Source: Cyanidioschyzon merolae
Lineage: Eukaryota
Assembly: GCA_000091205.1 (NCBI GenBank)
Contig: AP006485.2
Reading direction: 5' to 3' (one strand)
Length of the DNA: 64,000 nucleotides
The notes beneath the pieces were generated by a model. It was given only the letters and a program-made list of their open reading frames with translations. It was not told where the DNA came from and did no database searches. Below are positions 44,553-56,749 of the stretch, in pieces. Each line of letters starts with the position of its first letter. Within the stretch, counting starts at the first letter, position 1. The position numbers and the translations under genes were made by a program.

Positions 44553-45746
44553 TTACTTCCACATCTTTTCAATAGAGAGATTTTTCTCTGAGTCCTGGCG
44601 CATTACTTTTGCGACTGCCATCTCGAAATCCTCCTGAGTAACATGCGTTCGGCGCTCGCGCAGCGCAAACATCCCTGCCTCTGTGCAGACCGCCTTCAGA
44701 TCTGCACCGCTAGCCCCGTTCATTTTCGCAGCGATCGCTCGAAGGTCGATGCTCCGCACTAGGTTCATTCGTCTAGAGTGGATACGCAGAATGTCCAAAC
44801 GTGCGTCTTCATTTGGATGGGGGAATTCTATTTTCCGATCAATCCGGCCAGGCCGCAAAAGCGCCTCGTCCAAAATGTCGATCCGGTTTGTTGCCATCAA
44901 CACTTTGATGTTTGTCGTTGGCTCAAAGCCATCCAGCTGGTTCAGTAGCTCCAACATCGTGCGTTGTACTTCAGAGTCACCGCCGCCACGACTGTTGTCG
45001 ATGCGTGCGGAGCCGATGGAATCGACTTCGTCCATGAAAATGATGCTAGGAGCGTGTTCACGTGCCAACGCGAACACAGATCGAATGAGCTTGCTGCCCT
45101 CGCCGATGTATTTTTGCACCAGCTCACCACCAGACACACGGATGAAGGTACAGTCGGTATGGTGCGCAACCGCTCGAGCTAACAAAGTCTTTCCTGTGCC
45201 AGGCGGTCCGTACAGCAGGACGCCCTTGGGCTGCGCAATCCCCAACGCATCGAATAGCTCTGGATGCTTGATTGGCAGCTCGATCACTTCTTTAATCTGT
45301 TTGATCTGCTCATCGAGCCCTCCAATCATGTCATAAGTGGAGTCTGGAACTTTCTCCACCTTCATCAGAGAGACCAGAGGATCAAACTTTGACGGCAAGA
45401 CGAGGTGCAGAGCGTACGAGTCGTTTCGAAGCGCAACGCGAGCACCGGGCTTCACACTCGACGCAGCCACCTGCTTCTCCACATCAACGATATACTTTCC
45501 TTCGGGATGGACTTTCACAAGCGCTTTGTTCTTACCGACTGGCTTGACAACTTCACCCACGTAGGAGCCGGGCTCTTGAAGTAGTTGGAGTTCTTCACGC
45601 AAACCGCGAACTCTCCCATTGAGTTCATTTCTTTGCGCCTCCAAACGCCGCACTGTTTCCGCCTTTTCTTGGATTAAAGACTCAAACTCGTCGATTTTTG
45701 TCTGATAATACAAACGTAGACCAGAAGATCCAGCCGAAGTAGCCAT
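44553..45746 (-). CDS. RPT6: 26S proteasome regulatory subunit Rpt6 (PSMC5-type AAA ATPase); ORF is open to 45908 but the conserved start is '[15 protein letters not shown]' at 45746
   Basis: Coiled-coil N-terminus and OB domain. Walker A '[16 protein letters not shown]', Walker B '[11 protein letters not shown]', and a C-terminus '...SIEKMWK' matching the Rpt6 '...KKLWK' tail. Confidence 0.9.
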   Translation of the reverse strand: MATSAGSSGLRLYYQTKIDEFESLIQEKAETVRRLEAQRNELNGRVRGLREELQLLQEPGSYVGEVVKPVGKNKALVKVHPEGKYIVDVEKQVAASSVKPGARVALRNDSYALHLVLPSKFDPLVSLMKVEKVPDSTYDMIGGLDEQIKQIKEVIELPIKHPELFDALGIAQPKGVLLYGPPGTGKTLLARAVAHHTDCTFIRVSGGELVQKYIGEGSKLIRSVFALAREHAPSIIFMDEVDSIGSARIDNSRGGGDSEVQRTMLELLNQLDGFEPTTNIKVLMATNRIDILDEALLRPGRIDRKIEFPHPNEDARLDILRIHSRRMNLVRSIDLRAIAAKMNGASGADLKAVCTEAGMFALRERRTHVTQEDFEMAVAKVMRQDSEKNLSIEKMWK

Positions 45747-45854
45747 TTCGCAGGGCCGCTTGCCACAACTCCTGCACGCCCCCAGCTGAAACCGTGGCTG
45801 GAAACCGAAATCCGAATTGCCTCGTGCGCATAACACCGCAGTGCGACCTACACA

Positions 45855-47714
45855 GTGCAGGTGGTACTTGCGCGAGCAGAGGAACGCGTTTCGAAAGCGC
45901 GTGTTCATCTCTGTATGGACGCGTCGATTATTGTCTTATCTGACTCAGAGCCGGCTTCGGATGTGCCTGAATGGGTCTCTGGCGATGATGTAGCTTCTAC
46001 AATTGGCGCAGACAACGAGTCGGTCGGGTTTCGCCGCGAGCGACCCTCACCGGTGTGCCACGAGGCGCAAGTTGCGCGGTGCTCCGCAGCGCTTCGCGGC
46101 GAGTCCTCGGCAGACCAGGAGCATTTGAGGGAAGATCATCCTCGGTGGTTGACAGAATTGTCGAAACGCCTTGAACTCTACTTGAACCTGGACTTTCAGC
46201 GACGCGTCGAAGAAGACGAGCTGCCTTCCAGCGACCTCGAAGGTGAGTTTTCGGCTCTTTCGCTCGATGTGCGCCCGGAAAAAAGTCAAACGGACCAACT
46301 CGCTTTGGAACTAGCTCAGTCACGTACACAATCTGCCAGTAAGACGCAAAAGACGTATGAGTGGGAAACCGATCGCTACGAGATCAACACCGCGTTGCGA
46401 GATCGAAGCTTTTCGTCGCCCACACGCTTGGAGCATTCGCAATACACTGATACCTCTGTTGCCTTTCAACTGGGAATGTGTGAGCATGCCTCACAAGAAT
46501 CAGTTGCGAAGCGAAAGTATGCACGAGAACATTATGCGAAAGGTTGCGTACAAGAGTGCCTCGCTGGTGTCCGCAAAATTGGTACCAGGACGCCTGTTTC
46601 CGACACCAGCCTTTCCACGATGTGTCGGTCGGGGAGCATCGTCATGCCGCATACGGCAATCAGATGGAAAACTTCACACATGACCATGATCATCCGCTGC
46701 ACCGAGCCGACCCAGAAGCTTTATAAGGAACTCGTGCCTCCGACCGGATCGCGCCTCTTCATGGAACCGCTGCCAGTCGAGATGGATTCCAGCGTGGTTG
46801 CAGTAATTCAATGGCAAGCGAATGCTCTGAAAAGTGCTTCATCTTCCGCGCATGGGAGCACAAAACACGCGATCGTGGAAACCTTGCTTCCTTTCGTGGT
46901 GATCTGCGTAGAAGGCACTGGGTTCTTGGCGCGTGGCGCTGATCGAACGCACGTACGGACCCTGGTGAAGGCCGTTACGCACATGTGCGTCGAGGGCACC
47001 AAAACAGAGATACTCATCAGATATACGAATCCGAGTGAGAGTCTCGCCCGAAGTGTACAACCCCCGAGGAGAGGACGGCATGCACACCGTCAGGGGACGA
47101 GCGCCGCTCCCAGTCGGGGTTGCGGCATGACACGCCAGTTGGTCGAGATGCAGTTTGTGAAACTTTCAACCTATTTCGTTGAAGAGTGCGGCATTGATCT
47201 TACCTGTGTGACAAGCATCGACCATGAACTCGAGTATATCTCGGCGCTCTCGGAGGCGCTTTTAGAGTTGCCCCTTGAGCTGGAGCCTCAACCCAATGGT
47301 GCCTTCCGGATCCAGTACGCTCCTGAAGATCTGGACTTGCAAGCGGCCGCACGCTCTGACTCGTTGCGGCGTAAGAAGAGTGTCCTCAGGGAGAGACAGC
47401 CCTCTGAAACGGAACTGGAATGCATGCCGAACATTGACAAGCGCATATTACTGCAGCTCTTCTTGTCTTCGATTCCATTCGTCTCTGAGGACACTGCAAA
47501 CGCCATTTCAACAGCGTATCCTTCGCTGGGTGCGCTCTACAGGGCCTATGAATCGTGTCCCGATGACCAAACCAGGCGGGCGTTGCTTGCGAAGATTCCT
47601 GTCCAGAGGAGCATCGGCGCCGGGCGAGTGCGACGGATTGGCCCGGCACTTTCAGGTCGAATTTTCGAACTTATTTGGCGCAAAAGGGGGGAATCGTTGG
47701 TTTCTCTTCGTTGA
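45855..47714 (+). CDS. EME1/Mms4-like protein (non-catalytic partner of the MUS81 structure-specific endonuclease)
   Basis: The C-terminal (HhH)2 region '[48 protein letters not shown]' closely parallels the EME1 C-terminus ('...RRIGPELSRRIY...'). Upstream is an ERCC4-like segment '[14 protein letters not shown]' without an obvious catalytic motif. Confidence 0.5.
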   Translation: MQVVLARAEERVSKARVHLCMDASIIVLSDSEPASDVPEWVSGDDVASTIGADNESVGFRRERPSPVCHEAQVARCSAALRGESSADQEHLREDHPRWLTELSKRLELYLNLDFQRRVEEDELPSSDLEGEFSALSLDVRPEKSQTDQLALELAQSRTQSASKTQKTYEWETDRYEINTALRDRSFSSPTRLEHSQYTDTSVAFQLGMCEHASQESVAKRKYAREHYAKGCVQECLAGVRKIGTRTPVSDTSLSTMCRSGSIVMPHTAIRWKTSHMTMIIRCTEPTQKLYKELVPPTGSRLFMEPLPVEMDSSVVAVIQWQANALKSASSSAHGSTKHAIVETLLPFVVICVEGTGFLARGADRTHVRTLVKAVTHMCVEGTKTEILIRYTNPSESLARSVQPPRRGRHAHRQGTSAAPSRGCGMTRQLVEMQFVKLSTYFVEECGIDLTCVTSIDHELEYISALSEALLELPLELEPQPNGAFRIQYAPEDLDLQAAARSDSLRRKKSVLRERQPSETELECMPNIDKRILLQLFLSSIPFVSEDTANAISTAYPSLGALYRAYESCPDDQTRRALLAKIPVQRSIGAGRVRRIGPALSGRIFELIWRKRGESLVSLR

Positions 47715-48088
47715 CAAGTATTTGCTCGGCTCGCAAAGCACGTATTCTTGTCTGATCTAGCCTATCACGCAGCATTGCCCGAGCTCACAGAACGATTCAG
47801 TCTTGGGCGTCGGCACAAAGCATCGCCTCGAGAGCATGCGTTGGAACGCCACGTCGCTTGCGTACTCGACGAAAAGATGAAGTCGCTTGTCCTTCGCCCC
47901 ATCAGCAATGCCATGCCACAAATGGACACGTCATTTCCACAGGCAGAGCGCGTTACCTGCCACAAAGACGCAATTCTTGATCCTGCTATACATGCATTGA
48001 ACTCCACAGTACTCGGGTATTTCGAGAATAAAGTAGTTGGAAGGAGACATGTGGGCGACATGCATTGCAGCACATTTCGTATTCTTAC

Positions 48089-49297
48089 GTAATTTAGGGA
48101 TTCTCGGCCGTCTTTTCTGACATGCTTGTTCGACGCTCTGCCGTCGAAACGCAGGGAGGCTCGGGAGCCAAGACGATTTGCAACGAAATCGAGCTAGGGC
48201 TGGTAAAACAAGCGTTAGCACGATTCAATGCATACATACAAGCCTTTTGCATGTGCGTACCCTTCCGTGCAGCACGCTCGATTCACGCATGCTTCCAGTT
48301 TTCGACCGCTCTGTTTCAGGGCTGCTCGTGCGCGCACCAATACCTACTGCGTATGCGGCTCGGCGAAGTGCTCAACGCCATCTCTTGACGGGCTGTTCGC
48401 AAACTCGTGCCGAACACTCACCGGACCTGTCATCTTCAGATGATCATCGATTTCGTTCGATAGACAAACTCGCACCTCGTACCCGCCATCGACGAGGCGT
48501 CATTCCGCAGCAGCTGCATATCCCGCACGGAATATGCTCACAGAAGCGCTCCCGTCTCTTCGGGTGCATCGAAGGGCGTCACGGAGTCGGACGTTGGTCG
48601 TCGCTGCGATGGATTTCATAGGAGAGCGCGTACACGCTTTTCAGTGGGAAGGCGTCGGGCGGTCGAAGTCCTGCGACTTGTCCTCCAGCCAGGGGACTCG
48701 CTCCGGTGTATTTTGCATCGCGGATAGCATTGCATTCCAGAAACCCTCGATCGATTGGAACGTCGTTCGCCTGCGTGTCCAGCGCGCAGAGTACTCGCTG
48801 AGCGGACAGCGCAGAAGACGCCCCTAGTCGCAGGGTACGCCAACAGGCGCTGAAACGTGTGAGGGCATGCGAGGGATGCTTTCCTCGCCCGTCGAGTGCA
48901 TATACCTATGCGATGAAGCGTACCCTCCGGAGCCTCAGGGCGGTTCTCCGCGGAGGAGGTTTGGTCGACATATAGGACAACGCAACCAGGGACCAGTCGC
49001 ATATCTGGAAGAAGGTGCGTCGACGCAGTGTACAACGAACGTGAGAGTGGAAAGCGATGCGTAGGACACAACCAGCGCCTGCACATGAAATGCGTCGCTC
49101 TTTGCTGCAATCGGTGAACTCGTGGCTTGAATGGTGCCAGCACCACCGTTGGACGGCTTCCAAGAGAGCTGGAGGAAAAACATGAACCATTGTATGTAAA
49201 GCCGAAGATAAGAGAGAGAGAGACAGAGTAGGGAAGCAGTCGCAGAGGAAGCCAGCAAAGGCTGGTGTCGTTGACAATTGGAAGAGACCCAAACTTT
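48089..49297 (+). repeat. 1,209-bp direct repeat, copy 2
   Basis: See copy 1. Identical except for a few substitutions (e.g. 'gattcaatgc' vs 'gatttaatgc'; 'gtgagggcatgcgagggatgc' vs 'gtgatggcatgcgagggaagc'). Confidence 0.9.
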
Positions 49298-49427
49298 TTG
49301 TCTATCCAACCGAGTTCGTTAAGTTGACCTACTCCAGAATATTCTAATACGCTCGTATGACTGACGAGCACTCTGACCCTCTGGTGCTACTCTTGGTCTT
49401 CAGCGCCGCGCCCGTTGTCACCTTCTC

Positions 49428-50231
49428 GTGTGGAGAAAGTGTCTATTTGCAGTAATGGAAGGCCCAGCCGCGGAGTCAGCAACTGCTCGTGAAAAGCTTT
49501 CTTTCGAAAGGAGGCTCTCCCTGAGCAGGGAGGCGAAGGAACGTGGGAACGCGCTCGTCCACGAAAAGAGTTACAACGAAGCAAAGCGTGCCTACGACGA
49601 AGCGTTCGTATACATGTTCTACTCCCAAGAAGAATACGAGTACGAGTTGACTCAAACAGAAAAGGAAATTTACCAAGACTTTCTGCTAACGCTGCACCTA
49701 AACCGTGGGTTGTGCAAGCTGAAGTTGCGAGACTTCGACGGCGCCAAGTGGGACTTCGACGAGGCCCAGCGCTATGCGAAAGCGCGCTGCGTCCACGGCG
49801 GTGTGGGTCACCCGAAAGCGCTTTATCGCAGAGCCCTCACCCTAATGGAGATGGTACGAGTGGAGCTTGAAAAGGCCGCACGACGCGAGTACTGGGATGA
49901 TGATCGGACACTGCAATGGTGCAGCGCAAGCGAGACAGACCTAAGGGACGCCCTCAGCCTAGCGCCTGCTGATAGAGCCATACCATTGGCACTCCAAGAA
50001 CTCAGCAACCTACGCATGCAGATCGTAGAACTTCAGAAAGCTCAACGCGCGCGATCCAAGGCACTCTTCGCGAAACTTGGAAGCCGAACGATGAAACCAG
50101 ACAGCAATGCGCGAAAGAGCCATACATGTCCGTCGACGGATTCAGGAACGAACGCTTCCACTCAACCAGTGACAAACGAGGAATGCATACAAGCTTCTCT
50201 TCCAGCATTAGAACGCGTACGTATCTACTAA
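49428..50231 (+). CDS. TPR-repeat protein
   Basis: 'ERGNALVHEKSYNEAKRAYDEAF', 'NRGLCKLKLRDFDGAKWDFDEAQRY' and 'ALYRRALTLMEM' form three TPR-like helix pairs. Coiled-coil C-terminus. Confidence 0.45.
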   Translation: MWRKCLFAVMEGPAAESATAREKLSFERRLSLSREAKERGNALVHEKSYNEAKRAYDEAFVYMFYSQEEYEYELTQTEKEIYQDFLLTLHLNRGLCKLKLRDFDGAKWDFDEAQRYAKARCVHGGVGHPKALYRRALTLMEMVRVELEKAARREYWDDDRTLQWCSASETDLRDALSLAPADRAIPLALQELSNLRMQIVELQKAQRARSKALFAKLGSRTMKPDSNARKSHTCPSTDSGTNASTQPVTNEECIQASLPALERVRIY

Positions 50232-50731
50232 TTTTTGACATTTTTCGTGTGCTGTGGCATTCAAGAATCCATGTCTCTTCAACGCAACGAGCCGCGCATC
50301 CACGTCTCAGTGAACCCATGCTTTCCCGGACGAAGATATCCATCGCACAGTCTGGGATCCCTGGCCTGTTGAAATGCTCTGTCAAACAACACCGTGCGCT
50401 AGCCTCTCATCCGAGAGTCACTTTGTTCCATTGCACGCGCACACTTGACTCGCCCTGAGGCAGCTGCTGTGTGCGGCTATGTTGCGGCGTCATAAACGCG
50501 CTTCATGCGACATCTCTCCTCGTGGCAATCATTCAACAGCAATAGCGTTTGTTTGTATCGCAGAAAGCGTTTCAAACAGATTCTAGTGACTTATGGACGC
50601 CAGGAGCACCCTATATCTCGGATGCATAGAGCCTTATGTATCTAGGAATGCGCTGCAGTGCCTGCTTCTTGTACCAGCTGGGTGGTGATCGCGAATATCA
50701 GAGCACTACGGGACACTTTTGGGGACGCGGC

Positions 50732-52204
50732 TCAACGCGCCTTGGCTGAACGCTGCGGAGGGCTCTCCAATATCTTCATCCGGGTGGCATCCACGGGCGC
50801 GTTGGCGTCGCTAGACCTGAGATAGGAGCGTATAGCAGCAGTTTTGGCGTCGGGCATGGCATCCCTATTGGTGTGCGCGCCGGCTGTCGCGGCTGCGGAC
50901 CTCGCTCCAAGTGGCGGACATCCGAGCCATCTACGAACTCTCTGGTGTCGAAGCGCAAACGCCTGGAGCATGGAGAAGAGGTTGTTCGGTAACCAGTAGC
51001 AAAAAAGAATGGCAGGAAACTGTGCAGTCAGCGGTAGTAGGATCAGAGCGAAGATTCGCATCAAATTCAGCGCAAAAGGAGGCAGCTGGGCTCCGCCAGT
51101 CTCCGTGCCCATTTGAATCATGAATAGCATGGTGGCACTGGTCAGCGCCGGCAGTCCATAGAAGGGATCCGGCAGGGAGAGGTCTCGGAACCATCCCAGA
51201 CCGCCATTCCGTAGCTCATCTGGGTAGATCTTAGCTATTTTCCGAAGTCCCAGAAAGAATGAGATAAAAAGCGGCATCTGCACCAGAGGATTCACCAGGC
51301 TACGTAGAGGAGATATCTGGTTCTCCCGCAAGAGCCTAAAGACTTGTTGTTGAAGGGCACGGATTCGCTGCTGGTCACCACTGTGCATGGCAGCCTGCAT
51401 CCGCTCTTTGATTGCATCAACATCTGGTTTGATACTCTGCATTCGAGCAGCGTTTCGGAACGTATTCAGCGTTAGAGGTAGCACGAGTATGCGAGCGAGG
51501 ACGGTCACGGCAGCTACTGTGGCCCACCAGGGAAGATCGGTGTACTCCTGGAACATTATGATGCCTTGAACGACTGGATCGTACCAGTTCCTTTCAGCTG
51601 AGAGTGCGGCTTCCGCTGCTTCAGATGCAAGGTCCGTCGACGCAGCATTTGAAGAGGCCCGGAGATCATCAGCAATTTTCGCTGTGGCCTCCGAGTCGAC
51701 AGTGGTTGTACCAGGCCCAGTCGACTTCGGACTTTCCGCACCGAGCACTGCGGTGGCGCTTTCGGCGCGTCCAACTGCCCTCGATGACTCACTTTGGAGC
51801 CTTCGAACCTGCAGTTTTCCGAGATCTATGCAGTCCAGTCTGCGAAAAGGGTCTCGCTGTACCAACGTAGCACCGGGAGTGCTAGCTCGCGTAACAGGCA
51901 GTGCGTGTGCTGCTCGTGCGTGTATACCTCGAGCGAGGAAACGAGAGGCATTTTTGAGGCCTTGCTCACCAGAGAGGAGCCGACCCACCCCGAACAAACA
52001 CTGACGAAGCATCTCTACCTGAGAAGGGCCATGAGCAAAGACGGTATGCTGTCGCACGCGACACAAGACTGCTTGAACGAGCCTGCTGCGTACCTTGTCA
52101 CCGATGCCTTGCGGGTGGACGCGCCTTGCCTCGTGCGATCGATGATGCCGTGTGGCGGGCGTGCCGACGTTGTCCCAGTGCCGATGCTCGAACGTATCTA
52201 GCAA
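50732..52204 (-). CDS. Oxa1/Alb3/YidC-family membrane protein insertase (start uncertain; N-terminal ~200 aa may be presequence or over-extension)
   Basis: 'LPWWATVAAVTVLARILVLPLTLNTFRNAARMQSIKPDVDAIKERM...NPLVQMPLFISFFLGLR...GGLGWFRDLSLPDPFYGLPALTSATMLFMIQ' matches the conserved TM1-TM2-TM3 core of Oxa1/Alb3. Confidence 0.7.
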   Translation of the reverse strand: MLDTFEHRHWDNVGTPATRHHRSHEARRVHPQGIGDKVRSRLVQAVLCRVRQHTVFAHGPSQVEMLRQCLFGVGRLLSGEQGLKNASRFLARGIHARAAHALPVTRASTPGATLVQRDPFRRLDCIDLGKLQVRRLQSESSRAVGRAESATAVLGAESPKSTGPGTTTVDSEATAKIADDLRASSNAASTDLASEAAEAALSAERNWYDPVVQGIIMFQEYTDLPWWATVAAVTVLARILVLPLTLNTFRNAARMQSIKPDVDAIKERMQAAMHSGDQQRIRALQQQVFRLLRENQISPLRSLVNPLVQMPLFISFFLGLRKIAKIYPDELRNGGLGWFRDLSLPDPFYGLPALTSATMLFMIQMGTETGGAQLPPFALNLMRIFALILLPLTAQFPAILFCYWLPNNLFSMLQAFALRHQRVRRWLGCPPLGARSAAATAGAHTNRDAMPDAKTAAIRSYLRSSDANAPVDATRMKILESPPQRSAKAR

Positions 52205-55200
52205 GTTTTATTTCTGATCATGTACCTGGAGGGTGAGCAAATCATCGTTTCCCATTACTTCGAAGGTCAATACGGCTGCCGTTTTTATATTATCTGTAGC
52301 TGATTCAGCGCAACGAGCCGGGAAACGTTTGAGATGCTCTGTTACAACACCGCATCCGGTTCGTATTTGCTGGGAACACAGTAATATAGAATCGTGGAAC
52401 AACGATACCGTTCATCAATCGCAAAGAAGCATCATTTTCATTGTGTGTATACGTGTGTATGGTTATCCAGCGTTTCTGGATCGCTGACGGTACCATTCAA
52501 TTGTCATTTTTGATCAGCGTTTTTATGCTGCGTCCTCTTGCTTTGGACTTGCGGCGACCGCCATCATGCCTTTCAGCTCGGACCGATGAACACCTTGGAT
52601 TCCTTCTCTTCATCCGCCTTGAACGGTTCGAAATGTTTGTCGCTGCTCAACTGAGGCATACGTTTCATGAAATACATGTAGACTGATATACCATCGTGCT
52701 CACTTGTCCGTTTAGTCATCACTTCAGTTCCGCCGCGCGCACGAGAATCCTTGAACCAGTGCCGCCAATGTTCACAGCGAAGTTGTACGCATACTGCATA
52801 CCTGATCGCCGAGACCAGCAGTTGTTCAAAGAGCACGTGATGATATACAGTACGCAAGTGTCTACAGTGACATGTCGAAATGTACCATGGGAATTTGGAC
52901 AGGTGGCAGCCCTGCGCCCGGCACTCCTACAAACAGTTGCTCGACGAATTGCTTCAAGTCGAGGAAAGCTACGCGAAACATCCCAAAGCGAAAGGCTACG
53001 CGATCCCGAATGACGTTCAGCATCTCACGGTACGGAAGTTTCTCCCTGCCAGTGTGTTTCAGTGCCCAAACGACGATAACATTTTGAGATGGAATTTTTT
53101 GCCAGAACAGTTTCTCGTTCGCCGCCCTTCTTGTCCTCTGTTCCGGCGGATTTGAACCTTCTTTGTCTTGTGGATTCTTCTCCTTCTCTGCTACTTGGTG
53201 CAGTACCATGTCTACGTTCACTGGACTCTGCGTGTGCTTTCTTCCGCGGCAGTGAGAAGGCTCTGGTGGACGGTGGTGCTCAAATACGCATTCTCGATGT
53301 ATACATCTATTCTGCCTTACGTATCTTCTCGTCATATTCTCCGTGGTGAGCATGCCCACAGGCCGAGGCGAGCATTCCTTCACCTGTCCGGGCAAGAGCA
53401 CACAAGCTACAAAGCAGTTCAGGGCTGGTGAATGTAGAACAAGATTTGTGGAAAATGACACGCTGGAGAACGGTGTCATGGATGTGAACGGATCCACGAT
53501 CGATACGTGAGCGTAAAAATAGTTTTGACGACATAGAATACTCCTTCTACTGGACTGCACAGCGGAGATTACAGTGGAATGAAAAGCAGGCCAACGTCAG
53601 AGTCAGCCCCGCAATACTTGACCGTCTTTGAGTGCTGGAAAGCGACTTTGCCGTTGGGCATGATAGAAGAATGTGCGACAGTGAAGCCACTCAGTAGCTC
53701 TACGATGGATGAGGCTTTGAACGATTCGGTCTTTTGGGCGATTTGTGGTCGACTAGAGGATCGAATCGCAGCCAGGGCTGATGTTTTCGGAGTTCTCGTG
53801 CGTGCCTCCTGTGCGATTCGTATTGTCGGCTCTTCGAATGCCCGTGTACAAGTCCACCATATCTCCCGAACAATGTGTCATCAAGTGAGACGAACACAAG
53901 TCCGTCCAGCTATAAGCGTTCGCGTTTCCGCATAAGACCAATCAAGTACTCTTGGACGCACCACTGTCCAGTACAGAACCGTTTTTACTGCGTTATCCAT
54001 CGGTGTCTGTTCAGTACTGTTCTTATTAACCGAACGCAAATATGGCATCCTGTGGCCACCTCGGTAGTCTTCCGTAGAGTACGCCTGCAATGAAAGGTAT
54101 TGACGATGAGAAAGTCTTACAACAAGAGTCCAATTAGTTCTGCTTTGTGCGTATGTAGCATAGGATAAGGTCTTCGAGAACTTGAGCTCATTCACCATCT
54201 AACGGTAGGATGACTGATTTGAGTACGGAAATCCGTTTTTCGCGAAGTATGACTGACGTCTTAAAGTGCTTCTACGATATTTCTTTAATCTTTGGGACGC
54301 ATCTTTTTTTACTGGTTACAAGCGAGAGAAAAAACAAAAGCATAAAGAGCGTGCTCGTTAAGATGTTCTAAAATGCGCTGCTATGACTATCAAGTCCTGC
54401 GGTTTCTCAGCGTCTGTGTGGGAAACACACAAATTGAAAAAAAAGTGCAGTGCTAGTTGTGCAGGAGCATGCCCGGACTTGAGTATGGGTAATGCTTTTG
54501 TCGAGAAAGACAGATACGCTATTTGCCTGTTGTACGCAAGCCACATCCGGTACTGTAGGCGACAAGAAATGTAGAAACACATTTGGAGTTCGTTTGAACT
54601 TCATTGCACAACTCCAACCGACTTCTTCCTAACAAGCTGAATGGTTTTATCACCGGCATGGTGGATCAGCCTCGACTGAGCGACTCGCAAACGGATTTGG
54701 TACAGATTCGTTCACTGGAGAAACTGTCTCTTCGCTAGACGCATTATGTTCACGTTGCTGCATTTATGTATGCAATTTCACGTCCATACCCATAGCAGGG
54801 TTACTTGAGGAAGAGTCTGTTACCCAGATGGCTGGCTGCCGCCCACATGAACCCAGGGTAAGGCTCTCGATGTTGTAGGGTCGATGCAGAACTCCCCGCA
54901 TTCCTCGAGAGACACGACTGTGGCCGACAAGGAACGAATCCGCAGAAGTTGTCGCAAGCGCATGCGTTTTGCTGTTGCGTTGCTGTCCAAAGTATGCGTC
55001 CCGCCCTGTCCGCAGGGCGCTTGGACGCAGAGGGCCGCGTGCAGCTGCCTTGCCCATTGAAAGGTCCTGTCGGAAGCAGAAAAACTACTAAAATTTAGCG
55101 CGCTTCAATCCTGTCAGCTTCAGAAAAAAAAGCGACCGCAACCTGCATCGCAAGAGGTCGCCGCCAGGAGAACCGGCGAGCCTCATATCCCCCGTACTTC

Positions 55201-55346
55201 GCAGTGGAAATTCGCTGTTCGAGGCTGCGACACCGCTGGCACGACTCAGATAACTTCTGCAAAGCCATTATCTCCTGTCGAGATCTATGCTATAGCAGGT
55301 GCTCGAAGCGCCTCCGAGCGCTCACTAGAGCACAATCTTTCGCTTT

Positions 55347-56489
55347 TTATCGCTTCGTGCAAGTACGGGCACGCGAGAACGATCGACTGGGAAAATGCGC
55401 CTCGCAACAAGGCAAGGAGACATAAAATGCACCACCGTGAGCCTCGCGACGACCACAAATGCCGAGCATTGCCATCCGCTCATTGACGACCTGAGCAAGT
55501 CGAGCCTTCCGAGTACGGTTGTGGCAACCACGGCCAACGATGACGCGAAATTGAAGTGATTCGCCTCCGTGATCCAGAATCCATTGATGAGCGGCTCGAA
55601 TTCTCCTCTCAAGAATCATTTCTGCAGCCCGCATAGTCATACCGTGGAGATCCAAATCCTCATCGAGGGGCTCAAGCAGCGTAAGCTCCACAAGTTCGTT
55701 TTCAATCGCTCTCGCATGTTCTACAAATCCGTGCATTGCTTCGAGATATTTTCTCTGAGCTGCTGTAGGTCCGCCGATGGCAGCAGCTGTACGAGCACAC
55801 CGACTTGCGAGCGCAAAGCAGTCATGCATGTCGCGAAGTTTGTTGGCTCGGGCGGCCGCTCCTGTGGTTCCATGTAGCATGGCGTCAGAATTTTCTGCTA
55901 AAACTGAATTAGAATGAGCGCGAAACGCATTACGATTCCATAAACCCGACAGGGCGCGAGTCTGGCTGGCTCCATTGCACCGCGCAGTGCCGACTTCAAA
56001 CCACAACTGGCTCGGAATCAAGTCCGCATTCTGACCTGGAAAGCGCGACTCCTCACCTCCCTCTCTATTCGCAGTAGCCGCAACTGGCGGTTCAGGTATG
56101 AACGCGCAGGAGTGACCGGAAGGACGCCAGGGAGGCACCTCAAGACGTCCAGAAACGATGCTTCTTGCCGGTTGTAAAATTGTCGTTTGGGGAGCGGTAC
56201 GTTCTAGTATGCCGACTCCAGAACCTTTGTCCTTTTCCTTAACCATCTTTCGCGCAGGCCCGAGCGAAAGCACTGCTCTATACGTTTCTTTTGCAGGCCT
56301 GCTACACGTTATAGCCGACTCCGCAGCTTTCGCCGCTGCGATTTCCTCGAGAAACGAGAGCGCGTTCACATCGGGAACAGCAGCTTCCTGAAGCACTGCC
56401 CCCACAAGATCTTCTCCCAGCTGCTCACAGAGTCGCTGCAGCTCCTTCATGCTCGAGTCACAACATGGGTCGGAATGGAAAACAAACAC
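55347..56489 (-). CDS. Smr (small MutS-related) domain protein, N4BP2/CUE-Smr-like
   Basis: C-terminal Smr domain 'DLDLHGMTMRAAEMILERRIRAAHQWILDHGGESLQFRVIVGRGCHNRTRKARLAQVVNERM' (LDLHGL...VITGRG pattern). N-terminal short helical, possibly CUE-like 'MKELQRLCEQLGEDLVGAVLQE'. Confidence 0.5.
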   Translation of the reverse strand: MFVFHSDPCCDSSMKELQRLCEQLGEDLVGAVLQEAAVPDVNALSFLEEIAAAKAAESAITCSRPAKETYRAVLSLGPARKMVKEKDKGSGVGILERTAPQTTILQPARSIVSGRLEVPPWRPSGHSCAFIPEPPVAATANREGGEESRFPGQNADLIPSQLWFEVGTARCNGASQTRALSGLWNRNAFRAHSNSVLAENSDAMLHGTTGAAARANKLRDMHDCFALASRCARTAAAIGGPTAAQRKYLEAMHGFVEHARAIENELVELTLLEPLDEDLDLHGMTMRAAEMILERRIRAAHQWILDHGGESLQFRVIVGRGCHNRTRKARLAQVVNERMAMLGICGRREAHGGAFYVSLPCCEAHFPSRSFSRARTCTKR

Positions 56490-56749
56490 GTAAACCGAAC
56501 CAATAACGCTTCTTCACGCGCCGCATCAACATGCGGGACTGCATTGTATGCAGTTTCGCACCGCTCAGCTTCTCTGTCGCAGCAGGCATGATCCCTCTGT
56601 CTCACTGCACGGGCTTTCTCTGTTCCACGACCTCAATAGGTGCCTGCCGGAACCTCTTTTGTTTGGGAAACAGGGTGCCCTTTTTACAAAATCGGTGCAG
56701 CGGCCAGGAGCGCCGTCCTCAAAGAAAACGAGCGAGTTGCTATCGTGTG

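Noticed and set aside
39276-49297. LTR retrotransposon with 1.2-kb LTRs
   Set aside because: The repeats lack TG...CA termini and target-site duplications. The 7.6-kb interior encodes ordinary cellular genes (Rpt6 proteasome ATPase, EME1-like, a hypothetical protein) with no gag/RT/integrase/RNase H signatures.
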